Source: Eubacteriales bacterium
GTDB taxonomy: Bacteria > Bacillota > Clostridia > Oscillospirales > CAG-272
Reading direction: 5' to 3'
Length of the DNA: 64,000 nucleotides
NCBI GenBank assembly: GCA_045660785.1
Contig: JAZREL010000076.1
Coordinates: forward strand, 594-64,593
The position numbers were made by a program, and so were the translations under genes. Position 1 is the first letter of the stretch. Every line of letters begins with the position of its first letter. Below are positions 26,669 through 35,328 of this stretch, piece by piece. The notes under the pieces were generated by a model, which searched no databases, was not told where the DNA came from, and saw only the letters and a list, made by a program, of their open reading frames with translations.

Positions 26669-27547
26669 ATGTATTTAGCTAATGATTGGAAGGATTACGA
26701 GCTTCTTGACACCTCAGACGGTGAGCGTCTTGAGCGTTGGGGAAAATATATTCTTATTCGTCCCGACCCACAGGTAATTTGGAAGGGAAAAAGGGAGCAT
26801 AAGCTTTGGAGCCGTGCTGACGGAATTTACCGCCGTTCAAAGAGTGGCGGTGGCGCGTGGATTAAAAACGACGTGCCCGAAAAATGGACAATCACCTACA
26901 AGGATATGGTCTTTAACCTAAAGCCGATGGGCTTTAAGCACACAGGTCTTTTCCCTGAGCAGGCGGCAAACTGGGATTGGTTTAGCGAGCTTATTAAGGA
27001 AAGACGTGCCCAAGGTAAAGAGGTTAAGGTTCTAAACCTTTTTGCATACACGGGTGGCGCGACGGTTGCCGCAGCTAAAGCAGGCGCTTCGGTTGTGCAC
27101 GTTGACGCTTCAAAGGGTATGGTTCAATGCGCGAAGGAGAATATGGCATCAAGCGGACTTGAAAACGCACCTGTGCGCTACATAGTTGACGATTGCCGCA
27201 AGTTTGTTGAGCGCGAAATCCGCCGTGGAAACAAATACGACGGAATTATTATGGACCCGCCGTCCTACGGCAGGGGCCCGGGTGGCGAGGTTTGGAAGCT
27301 TGAGGATGCAGTTTGCGACTTTGTAAATCTTTGCGAAAAGCTCATCTCAGATGACCCACTTTTTATGCTTATAAATTCATATACAACAGGTCTTAGCGCG
27401 CTTACAATGGGCTACGTATTAAACGTAGAGGTTGTTAAAAAGCACGGCGGCAGGGCAGAAACTGCCGAGGTTGCCTTGCCTGTTACCGAAACCAAGGGCT
27501 TTTTGCCCTGCGGCGCGAGTGCGCGTTGGGTTGCGGACAAGAAATAA
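26669..27547 (+). CDS. Class I SAM-dependent methyltransferase (RlmI C-terminal-domain-like)
   Basis: 292 aa. LNLFAYTGGATVAAA SAM-binding motif and a DPPSYGRG motif. I set the start at ATG 26669 behind a GAGGA RBS; the tracked 26591 start overlaps ruvC. Confidence 0.85.
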   Translation: MYLANDWKDYELLDTSDGERLERWGKYILIRPDPQVIWKGKREHKLWSRADGIYRRSKSGGGAWIKNDVPEKWTITYKDMVFNLKPMGFKHTGLFPEQAANWDWFSELIKERRAQGKEVKVLNLFAYTGGATVAAAKAGASVVHVDASKGMVQCAKENMASSGLENAPVRYIVDDCRKFVEREIRRGNKYDGIIMDPPSYGRGPGGEVWKLEDAVCDFVNLCEKLISDDPLFMLINSYTTGLSALTMGYVLNVEVVKKHGGRAETAEVALPVTETKGFLPCGASARWVADKK

Positions 27548-27689
27548 GCACCTTGCGGTGCGTGAATTGATGCGACGCATCATAAATTGCAACTCTGTTG
27601 CATGAATTGTTTCTGTGAAACATGAATTGTGCTCCGCACATAAATTGCAACCTTGTTGCATGAATTGTCCTTTGGACATTTTATAATTG
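27548..27689 (+). repeat. Micro-hairpin array, family 1, locus B (7 units, all the same orientation)
   Basis: (C/G)(A/G)T(G/A)AATTG recurs at 27561, 27581, 27601, 27621, 27639 and 27659. Every spacer is a 3-4-bp palindrome with a 3-nt loop, closed by TG...CA. Confidence 0.9.
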
Positions 27690-27700
27690 TAGGAGAAAAA

Positions 27701-28564
27701 ATGAATCCATTAATTAAACTTGAAAACGTTTCCTATAAATATCCCGATAATGACAACGTTGAAAATCGCTTTGCGCTTGAAAACCTTTCGCTTGAAATAA
27801 ACGAGGGAGAGTTTGTTGCGCTTCTCGGTCACAACGGCTCGGGAAAATCAACTGCGGCAAAGCTTATAAATATGATTCTTTCGCCCGACAGTGGCAATAT
27901 TTATATTGACGGAAGGTTGATTTCCGACAAGAAAATGAAGGAAAGCGATATTTACGAAATAAGAAAAAACGTTGGTATGGTTTTCCAAAATCCCGACAAC
28001 CAAATTGTTGCAACCGTTGTCGAGGAGGACGTTGCCTTCGGCCCTGAAAACCTTGGGCTTGACCCCGAGGAAATAAGAAAAAGAGTAGATGAGGCGCTTG
28101 AAATCGTCGGTATGCAATCATATGCGCGCCACGCGCCGCACCGTCTTTCGGGCGGACAAAAGCAAAGGGTTGCAATTGCTGGAATTATCGCAATGAAGCC
28201 GCGTTGCATCATCTTTGACGAATCAACCGCTATGCTTGACCCTCTTGGCAGAAAAGAGGTAATGAACACAATTTTAAAGCTCAATAAGGAAGAAAAAATC
28301 ACCGTTGTCTTAATTACTCACTATATGAACGAGGCAATAGAGGCAGACAGAGTTGTGGTTATGCGAAATGGCGAAAAGTACCTTGAGGGCACACCGTCCG
28401 AGGTCTTTTCAAAGCCCGAAAAGCTCACACGTGCGGGGCTTGAGGTGCCGCAGTCAATTGAGCTTATAAATGCTCTGAATAAGGAGCTTGGCACAAAAAT
28501 CCCCTTAGGAGTGTACGATTTAGACACCTGTGCCGACCTTGTTAGCAGGGAACTTTTGAAATAA
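27701..28564 (+). CDS. ecfA: Energy-coupling factor transporter ATPase (EcfA1)
   Basis: GHNGSGKST Walker A, LSGGQKQR signature and IFDEST Walker B. I set the start at ATG 27701 behind an AGGAG RBS. Confidence 0.93.
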   Translation: MNPLIKLENVSYKYPDNDNVENRFALENLSLEINEGEFVALLGHNGSGKSTAAKLINMILSPDSGNIYIDGRLISDKKMKESDIYEIRKNVGMVFQNPDNQIVATVVEEDVAFGPENLGLDPEEIRKRVDEALEIVGMQSYARHAPHRLSGGQKQRVAIAGIIAMKPRCIIFDESTAMLDPLGRKEVMNTILKLNKEEKITVVLITHYMNEAIEADRVVVMRNGEKYLEGTPSEVFSKPEKLTRAGLEVPQSIELINALNKELGTKIPLGVYDLDTCADLVSRELLK

Positions 28565-28609
28565 ATTTAGAGAACCGACCGAATTTGAAAATCCGAGAAA
28601 GGAGTTAAA

Positions 28610-29494
28610 ATGTCGATAATAGAGCTAAAGGACGTGTCCTTCGTTTACGGCAAGAAAACGCCGTACGAAATAAACGCACTTGATAACGTTTCCCTTGAAT
28701 TTGAAGAGAATTTAATAACGGGCTTAATAGGCCACACGGGCTCGGGTAAATCAACCCTTGTTCAAATGCTAAACGGCATTTTAAGGCCGACTCACGGCAC
28801 TGTTATTGTTGACGGCGAGGATATTTGGAAAAAGCCAAAGAAAATCGCAAGCGTCAGATTTAAGGTCGGTATGGTTATGCAATACCCCGAGTATCAGCTT
28901 TTTGCCGACACGGTAAAGGACGATATTGCATACGGGCCGAAAAATATGAAGCTTCCACCCGAGGAAATCGAAGCAAGAGTTTTGGAAAGCGCCGCCTTCT
29001 GCGGAATTGACGCTCAAACCTTGAAAAAATCCCCGTTTGATTTGTCGGGCGGACAAAAGCGCCGTGTTGCACTTGCAGGCGTTATGGCAATGAAGCCGAA
29101 GATTTTGGTGCTTGATGAGCCAGCGGCAGGGCTTGACCCACGCGGCAGACGCGAAATTCTCGGTGGAATTAAAGAATTTCAAGCCAAAAGCGGCACAACC
29201 GTAATCATAGTCAGCCACAGTATGGAGGATATGGCTATGTATTGCGACAGAGTTGTCGTTATGGCAAACGGCAAAATGCTGAAAAGCGGCACTTGCGCCG
29301 AGGTCTTTTCCGAAAGCGCACTTCTTACCGAAAACGGTCTTGACGTGCCCGAGATTACAAGCATTGTTGCAAAGCTTTCTGAGCGCGGAGTTGATATTCC
29401 AAAGAGCATTTATACGGTTGACGGCGCAATTAATGCAATAGTTGACCGATATAAATCATCCTCCCAAGAAAAGGAGGCAGAAAATGGCATTTGA
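28610..29494 (+). CDS. ecfA: Energy-coupling factor transporter ATPase (EcfA2)
   Basis: GHTGSGKST, LSGGQKRR and LDEPAAGLD motifs. It is second in the ecfA-ecfA-ecfT order. Confidence 0.93.
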   Translation: MSIIELKDVSFVYGKKTPYEINALDNVSLEFEENLITGLIGHTGSGKSTLVQMLNGILRPTHGTVIVDGEDIWKKPKKIASVRFKVGMVMQYPEYQLFADTVKDDIAYGPKNMKLPPEEIEARVLESAAFCGIDAQTLKKSPFDLSGGQKRRVALAGVMAMKPKILVLDEPAAGLDPRGRREILGGIKEFQAKSGTTVIIVSHSMEDMAMYCDRVVVMANGKMLKSGTCAEVFSESALLTENGLDVPEITSIVAKLSERGVDIPKSIYTVDGAINAIVDRYKSSSQEKEAENGI

Positions 29495-30311
29495 CGTTTC
29501 ACTCGGACAGTATTACGAGGGAAAATCGCTTATCCACAAGCTTGACCCAAGAACCAAGCTTTTCCTTGTAATTACCTTTATGGTTGCTACTTTTGTAGCA
29601 AAAAGCATTTATTCCTTTGCGTTTTTATTCGTTGTCGTGCTTGCTTCGATAATAATAAGCCGTGTGCCGCTCGGCACTATTTTAAAGGGGCTTAAGCCGC
29701 TTATTCTTATCGTTATTTTCACCGCAATTTTAAATATTTTTTGGACAAAGGACGGCAACCTTTTATTCAGCTGGAAATTTATCGAAATTTACGACAAGGG
29801 CTTGCTAAACGCCGCGCTTTTGGCGCTTCGCATCGTTATGCTTCTTGCCGAAACAACGCTGCTCCTTTCATATACCACAACGCCTATTGAGCTGACTGAC
29901 GGTATTGAAACAGCACTCTCACCGCTTAAAAAAATCAAGCTTCCCGTGCACGAGTTTGCAATGCTGATGACTATTGCGCTTCGCTTTATTCCAACGCTAA
30001 CGGACGAAACGGGAAAGATTATGAACGCGCAAAAATCAAGAGGCGCGGACTTTTCAAGCGGTGGCTTAATCAAGCGTGCAAAGGCACTTATCCCAATTAT
30101 CATTCCGCTTTTCGTTTCCTCATTCAGACGCGCGGACGAGCTTGCAACGGCAATGGAATGCCGTCTTTACCGCGGCGGCGAGGGAAGGACGAGAATGAAA
30201 AAGCTAAAATTTAAGGTAAAGGACGTTTTCGGCTTGCTTTTTGCACTTGTGCTTTTTGCGGGTGTAATTCTTATAAACATCTTCCTTAGCAAGTACGGCC
30301 CTACGATTTAA
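29484..30311 (+). CDS. ecfT: Energy-coupling factor transporter transmembrane protein EcfT
   Basis: Polytopic, with the conserved ARG-type coupling helices (KSRGADF). The start ATG 29484 lies behind an AAGGAGG RBS and overlaps ecfA2 by 11 nt. Confidence 0.9.
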   Translation: MAFDVSLGQYYEGKSLIHKLDPRTKLFLVITFMVATFVAKSIYSFAFLFVVVLASIIISRVPLGTILKGLKPLILIVIFTAILNIFWTKDGNLLFSWKFIEIYDKGLLNAALLALRIVMLLAETTLLLSYTTTPIELTDGIETALSPLKKIKLPVHEFAMLMTIALRFIPTLTDETGKIMNAQKSRGADFSSGGLIKRAKALIPIIIPLFVSSFRRADELATAMECRLYRGGEGRTRMKKLKFKVKDVFGLLFALVLFAGVILINIFLSKYGPTI

Positions 30312-30312
30312 G

Positions 30313-31077
30313 ATGAAAAAGGTTTTACTAACAGTCGCATATAACGGCCACGCCTACTGCGGCTATCAGCTCCAACCAAATAAGCCAACGGTTGCGCTTG
30401 AAATGAACAGGGCGGCTACGTCATCATTCGGCTTTGAATGTAAGGTGACGGGGTGCAGCCGCACGGACAGCGGTGTGCACGCGCTCGGCTTTGCATTAAC
30501 GGTTGAGCCAAAAAACGACGGCGACGAAATCACCGTTCCGCTTGACAAAATTCCTATCGCGATGAACATAAAGCTCCCAAACGATATATCCGTTTTGAGC
30601 GCAAGGGAAGTGCCGCTTGACTTTCACCCAAGGTACTCCGCGCACAAAAAGCAATACGTTTATAAAATTCACGCAAGCAAGATAAGAAATCCGTTTTACG
30701 AGAATTTGGCTTTTGAATACGGCAGGGAAATAAGCGACGAAGAGCTTGAAAAAATGAACCAAGCGGCGAAGCAGTTTATCGGCACGCATCATTTTGACGC
30801 ATTTATGGCGGTTGGCTCAAAGGTTGAGGACACGGAGCGCACGGTTTTTGAAAGCTACGTAAAAAGAAACGGAGAGCTCGTTGAATTTACCGTATGCGCC
30901 GACGGATTTTTATACAATATGGTCAGAATAATGGTTGGCACGCTACTTTCGGTGCGCGAGGGACGAATTGACCCTTTGGCAATTTCTGACATAATTAAGT
31001 CAAAAAAGCGCGAAAATGCGGGCTTTACCGCAAAACCCGAGGGACTTTACCTCGAAAAAATATTTTATAACAGTTGA
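30313..31077 (+). CDS. truA: tRNA pseudouridine(38-40) synthase TruA
   Basis: 254 aa with the GCSRTDSGVHA catalytic Asp motif. This is the usual position, downstream of the ecf module. Confidence 0.94.
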   Translation: MKKVLLTVAYNGHAYCGYQLQPNKPTVALEMNRAATSSFGFECKVTGCSRTDSGVHALGFALTVEPKNDGDEITVPLDKIPIAMNIKLPNDISVLSAREVPLDFHPRYSAHKKQYVYKIHASKIRNPFYENLAFEYGREISDEELEKMNQAAKQFIGTHHFDAFMAVGSKVEDTERTVFESYVKRNGELVEFTVCADGFLYNMVRIMVGTLLSVREGRIDPLAISDIIKSKKRENAGFTAKPEGLYLEKIFYNS

Positions 31078-31102
31078 CAAATTTTAAAAAACAGTTTATA
31101 CT
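31074..31102 (+). promoter_or_regulatory. Sigma-A promoter (TTGACA-17-TATACT)
   Basis: The -35 overlaps the truA stop codon, and the spacer is 17 nt. Confidence 0.55.
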
Positions 31103-31147
31103 ATAAAAGTAACTAATCCTTGCGTATATTTTATAAAGGAGGCAAAA

Positions 31148-31930
31148 ATGGATTCTACACAAATTATCGGCTTGATATTTGACATCGTTTTTCTCGGACT
31201 TATCGTATTTTTGATTGTACGAAACTGTATTCGCGGCTTTCTTGATTCGCTCGTTACGCTTGTGAAAATCGTGGTTGCACCCGTTTTTGCCGTTGTTTTT
31301 AACCTTCCACTTGCAAGATTTATTGCAAAAATTTTCTTCAACGGAATTTCGACAAGTTGGGTGAACAAGCTTCTTCTCACCACCGAAACAACAACCGAGT
31401 TGGGTCAAATTCTATACGACGTTGACTCTATATTCGAGGGCATTCCCGACAAGATTGTCCGCTTCGTTTTGCGTGCGGGCGAGGAATGGGAAAACAAGGA
31501 AATGATAGACAAGTTCTTTATCGGTGACGGCACAGTTGGACCTCAGCTTGCAACGTCGGACGAGCTTGGGCTTATCTCCGAGGTTATCGGCTCCCGTATC
31601 GCGCTCGGCATTTCGATTGTTTTATCGTTCATTCTTATATTCGTTTTCGTTGAGGTGTTCATTCTCATTCTCAGCAAGCTTCTCAACAAGCTTATAGAGA
31701 AGGCAACCGTTGCTAAGGTCTTTAACGTTATCTTCGGCGGCGTTATCGGTGCTATTCTTGGCTTGCTTATCACTTGGGTGATTTGCTGCGTTATCGGCAA
31801 CCTCTTTGAGTTCGGTCAGCACTATTATCCCGAATTCTTCCTTGATTCCTATTGGAATAAAACGATAATAGTTAAATTCTTTATTGAGCACGACTTGCTC
31901 GATTTAATAAGTAAAATAGCGATACACTAA
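31148..31930 (+). CDS. CvpA-family membrane protein
   Basis: 260 aa. The N-terminal pattern (IDIVFLGLIVFLIVRNCIRGF) and 4 TM segments fit the family. Confidence 0.7.
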   Translation: MDSTQIIGLIFDIVFLGLIVFLIVRNCIRGFLDSLVTLVKIVVAPVFAVVFNLPLARFIAKIFFNGISTSWVNKLLLTTETTTELGQILYDVDSIFEGIPDKIVRFVLRAGEEWENKEMIDKFFIGDGTVGPQLATSDELGLISEVIGSRIALGISIVLSFILIFVFVEVFILILSKLLNKLIEKATVAKVFNVIFGGVIGAILGLLITWVICCVIGNLFEFGQHYYPEFFLDSYWNKTIIVKFFIEHDLLDLISKIAIH

Positions 31931-31996
31931 AAAGCTGAAGGACTGTAAATCATTAAGTGCAGTCCTTCTAATTTATTAATAATTTAAGGAGAAAAA

Positions 31997-32737
31997 ATGA
32001 GCGTAGGACTTGTAATTGACCTTTGCCTTCTTATAGTGGCAGCATATATTATCATAAAGTTCACCGTTAAGGGCTTTGTGCAAAGCATTTTAGATGCCTG
32101 CAAGCTCATTCTTTCCGTTGTTATTGCATTTATTGTAAGAGTGCCCGTTGCTAAATTCTTCTGTTCACTTTTTATGGACAGAATTATGATAAGCGCACTT
32201 GAAAAATCGCTTAACGCGTACATCGAAAGCGATACCGCAAAAATTGCAATCGACATCACCGCACTTGCAGAAAACACCCCCGAGTTTTTTGAAAAGCTAC
32301 TCACACGCTTCGACCTTGATTACGCTAAATTTACTGCCGACCTTGAGGTGCTTATTTCAAAGAAAAGCCCCGAGGTTGTAGTGCCGCTTGCCGAAAACGT
32401 CGGCGGTGCTTGCGCGTTTCTTATCTCGGTTGCAATAGCTCTCGTTGCCGTTTTCGTTATCGCCTTTGCCGCGCTTTCTTTAATTGCCAAGCTCCTTTCC
32501 AAAATTACGGAGTTTGACGGGGTGAAAAGTGCAAACAAATGGCTCGGCGCGTTAATTGGAGTTGTACTTTCGGTTATAATAATGTGGGGAGTGACACAAG
32601 GGCTCTTGGCACTTACTGCGTTTGTAGGACCGCTTTCAGGCGGAAAAATAGAAGAGATAATAAACGGCTCAATGGTCGTTGGAATATTTGAAAAATTCAG
32701 CATTATTGAAATAATTAAGAATAAAATTTACGGATAA
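31997..32737 (+). CDS. CvpA-family membrane protein (tandem paralogue)
   Basis: 246 aa. It has the same N-terminal pattern (IDLCLLIVAAYIIIKFTVKGF) and the same topology. Confidence 0.7.
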   Translation: MSVGLVIDLCLLIVAAYIIIKFTVKGFVQSILDACKLILSVVIAFIVRVPVAKFFCSLFMDRIMISALEKSLNAYIESDTAKIAIDITALAENTPEFFEKLLTRFDLDYAKFTADLEVLISKKSPEVVVPLAENVGGACAFLISVAIALVAVFVIAFAALSLIAKLLSKITEFDGVKSANKWLGALIGVVLSVIIMWGVTQGLLALTAFVGPLSGGKIEEIINGSMVVGIFEKFSIIEIIKNKIYG

Positions 32738-32754
32738 TAAGCAGGAAAAATACT

Positions 32755-35025
32755 ATGGAAATGTGTACCAGATGCAAAAAAAGACCGGCAACGGTTTATA
32801 TTATGAAGCTCGAAAACAACGTGCAAAAGCAAGAGGGACTTTGCCTCGTTTGCGCTAAGGAGCTCGGCATTAAGCCCGTCAACGATATGATGACAAAGAT
32901 GGGCATTACCGAGGAGGAGCTTGAAAATATGGAAAAGATGTTCGCTGATATGCTTCCCGTTGCAAATGACGGCGAGGACGGCGACGAGGACTCTCCCACA
33001 ATTGATTTTTCCAAAATAATGAAAAATATGGGAATGGGCGCAGGTGAACAAAAGGACGCAAAGGATAAGGACAAGGGCAAGAAAAAGGACAACCGCAAGC
33101 ACCTTTCCACCTTCTGCACAAACCTCAATCAGCGCGCACTAAACGGCAAGCTTGACAGAATTGTAGGTAGATCACGTGAGCTTGAAAGAGTAATTCAAAT
33201 TCTAAGCCGCCGCCAAAAGAACAACCCCTGCTTAATAGGTGAGCCGGGCGTTGGTAAAACCGCAATTGCCGAGGCACTCGCACAAAGAATTGTCGAGGGC
33301 AACGTGCCACATAAGCTTAAAAAATGCGAAATATACTTGGTTGACTTAACCGCACTTGTTGCAGGCACTCAGTTCAGAGGTCAGTTTGAGGCAAGAATTA
33401 ACGGACTTCTTAAGGAGGTTAAGGAGGCAGGCAATATTATTCTCGTTATCGACGAAATCCACAATATTGTCGGCACAGGCAACTCCGCGGGCAGTATGAA
33501 CGCCGCAAATATTTTAAAGCCCGCACTTTCACGCGGCGAAATTCAGGTTATCGGCGCAACAACCTTGAAGGAATACCGCAAATATATTGAGAAGGATGCC
33601 GCACTTGAGCGCCGCTTCCAGCCCGTTAAGGTTGAGGAGCCGTGTATTGACGAGTGTATCGAAATGATAAAGGGCATCAGGCACTACTACGAAATTTATC
33701 ACGGCGTTAAAATCTCCGATGAAATGGCAAAAAGCGCAGTTGTAATGAGTGAGCGCTATATCACCGACAGATTTTTGCCCGACAAGGCAATCGACTTAAT
33801 CGACGAGGCGTGCTCGCACATTGTTTTGCACGCGCCACACATAAACGAGCGCCACAGAGTTATCGAGCGCTTGGCAGAGGTTGACACAAAAACCGAGGCG
33901 CTGAATGCAAAAATTGCAGAGGGCGGCAAGGAGCCAAGCGAAAACGAATATAAGCAGCTTGCCGAGCTTAAGGCGGAGCGTTCAATGCTTCTTATAGACA
34001 AGGAAAAGCTTGACAAGGAATGTGAAAATACCGTTATGACCAAGCAGGACCTTGCAGGCGTTATCGAAATTTGGACGGGCATCCCCGCAAGCAATATTTC
34101 CGAGGTTGAATTTGAAATGCTTGCTGCGCTTGAGGACAAGATAAAATCTCGTATTGTCGGTCAGGACGAGGCGGTAAAATCGCTCTCTGCGGCAATCAGA
34201 AGAAACCGTGCAGGCGTCAGCATTAAAAAACGTCCCGCATCCTTCATTTTCGCAGGTCCGACGGGCGTTGGTAAAACCGAGCTTGTTAAAACGCTCGCAA
34301 ATGAGCTTTTCAATACTCCCGATTCGCTTATTCGCCTTGATATGACAGAGTTTATGGAGAAGCACTCCGTGTCTAAAATCATCGGCTCTCCTCCCGGCTA
34401 CGTTGGCTACGACGAGGCAGGACAGCTCACCGAAAAGATAAGACGCTCACCGTACTCCGTTGTGCTCTTCGACGAAATAGAGAAGGCGCATCCCGACGTA
34501 TTAAACATTCTTCTTCAAATTCTTGACGAGGGTAAAATTTCCGACTCTCAGGGAAGAACGATAAATTTTGAAAACACGGTTATTATAATGACGACTAACG
34601 CGGGCGCAACCTTAACCTCATCCCAGGCGGGCTTCGGCTCAAGCTCACACGAGGTTGCCAAGGATAAAACAGAGAAGGCGCTTTCCTCGTTCCTTCGTCC
34701 CGAGTTTATCAACCGTATCGCCGAAATTATCACCTTCCGCTCACTTGAAGAAAGCGACTTTGTAAAGATTGCCAAGATTATGCTTAGCGATATGCAAACA
34801 GCACTTGGTGAAAGAAGCATCCGCTTCACCTTTACTGACGAGGTGTGCGAGTTTATTGCAAAGGAATCCTTCAGCAAAAAATTCGGTGCAAGAAATATGC
34901 GCAGATATATTCAAACTCAAATCGAGGATAAGCTTGCCCACGCAATTATCTTTGAGATAAAGGGCAACATCATCGGCGCAAGCGTTGACGTAAAGGACGG
35001 GGCACTCGTTGTTGACTGCATTTAG
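32755..35025 (+). CDS. Clp/Hsp100 two-AAA+ ATPase with an N-terminal CxxC...CxxC zinc ribbon (ClpE-like)
   Basis: 756 aa. CTRCKK...CLVCAKELG at the N-terminus, two Walker A boxes ([18 protein letters not shown]), and no Clp_N repeat domain. Confidence 0.88.
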   Translation: MEMCTRCKKRPATVYIMKLENNVQKQEGLCLVCAKELGIKPVNDMMTKMGITEEELENMEKMFADMLPVANDGEDGDEDSPTIDFSKIMKNMGMGAGEQKDAKDKDKGKKKDNRKHLSTFCTNLNQRALNGKLDRIVGRSRELERVIQILSRRQKNNPCLIGEPGVGKTAIAEALAQRIVEGNVPHKLKKCEIYLVDLTALVAGTQFRGQFEARINGLLKEVKEAGNIILVIDEIHNIVGTGNSAGSMNAANILKPALSRGEIQVIGATTLKEYRKYIEKDAALERRFQPVKVEEPCIDECIEMIKGIRHYYEIYHGVKISDEMAKSAVVMSERYITDRFLPDKAIDLIDEACSHIVLHAPHINERHRVIERLAEVDTKTEALNAKIAEGGKEPSENEYKQLAELKAERSMLLIDKEKLDKECENTVMTKQDLAGVIEIWTGIPASNISEVEFEMLAALEDKIKSRIVGQDEAVKSLSAAIRRNRAGVSIKKRPASFIFAGPTGVGKTELVKTLANELFNTPDSLIRLDMTEFMEKHSVSKIIGSPPGYVGYDEAGQLTEKIRRSPYSVVLFDEIEKAHPDVLNILLQILDEGKISDSQGRTINFENTVIIMTTNAGATLTSSQAGFGSSSHEVAKDKTEKALSSFLRPEFINRIAEIITFRSLEESDFVKIAKIMLSDMQTALGERSIRFTFTDEVCEFIAKESFSKKFGARNMRRYIQTQIEDKLAHAIIFEIKGNIIGASVDVKDGALVVDCI

Positions 35026-35120
35026 CACGTCAACACGTGAATGAATTGCAACCATAAGGTTTCATGAAGCAGCACTATGTAATGAAATTACAATTCATGG
35101 TTTGCAAGCATCAATTCATT
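35026..35120. repeat. Micro-hairpin array, family 1, locus C (shorter, partly degenerate, orientation flips)
   Basis: AATGAATTG at 35040, degenerate CATGAAGC at 35063 and AATGAAATT at 35081, then CAATTCATG at 35091 and CAATTCATT at 35112. The cacgt-caac-acgtg and TGcaacc-ataa-ggtttCA hairpins are visible. Confidence 0.7.
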
Positions 35121-35128
35121 AAAAATTT

Positions 35129-35170
35129 GAGCAAGGACAGGGGAATTTAACCCTTTTCCTTGCTCTTTTT
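35129..35170 (+). terminator. Intrinsic terminator after the ClpE-like gene and array C
   Basis: A long gagcaagga...tccttgctc hairpin plus a T5 run. Confidence 0.8.
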
Positions 35171-35244
35171 ACTTACGACAACGGGCGGGCTTCTCGTTTT
35201 GCCTCAAATTTTTAAAATTTTTTTACTTTAGTTTGATAAAGTAC

Positions 35245-35273
35245 TTGAAATTATATTTTTCGTGTGATATTAT
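35245..35273 (+). promoter_or_regulatory. Sigma-A promoter (TTGAAA-17-TATTAT, extended -10 TG) for proS
   Basis: Read directly from the sequence. No T-box leader lies between it and the ATG. Confidence 0.6.
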
Positions 35274-35328
35274 AATCGTATATTATTTTTACAACTAAAT
35301 TTTACTATGATACTTTATGAGGTTAAAA

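Noticed and set aside
27682-27687. TATAAT hexamer at the end of array B as the ecfA promoter -10.
   Set aside because: It lies only 13 nt before the ATG, so a transcript starting after it would lack the AGGAG RBS. No suitably spaced -35 is present.
27848-28302. Three overlapping minus-strand ORFs of 89-116 aa inside ecfA1.
   Set aside because: They are antisense shadow ORFs within a highly conserved ABC ATPase gene.
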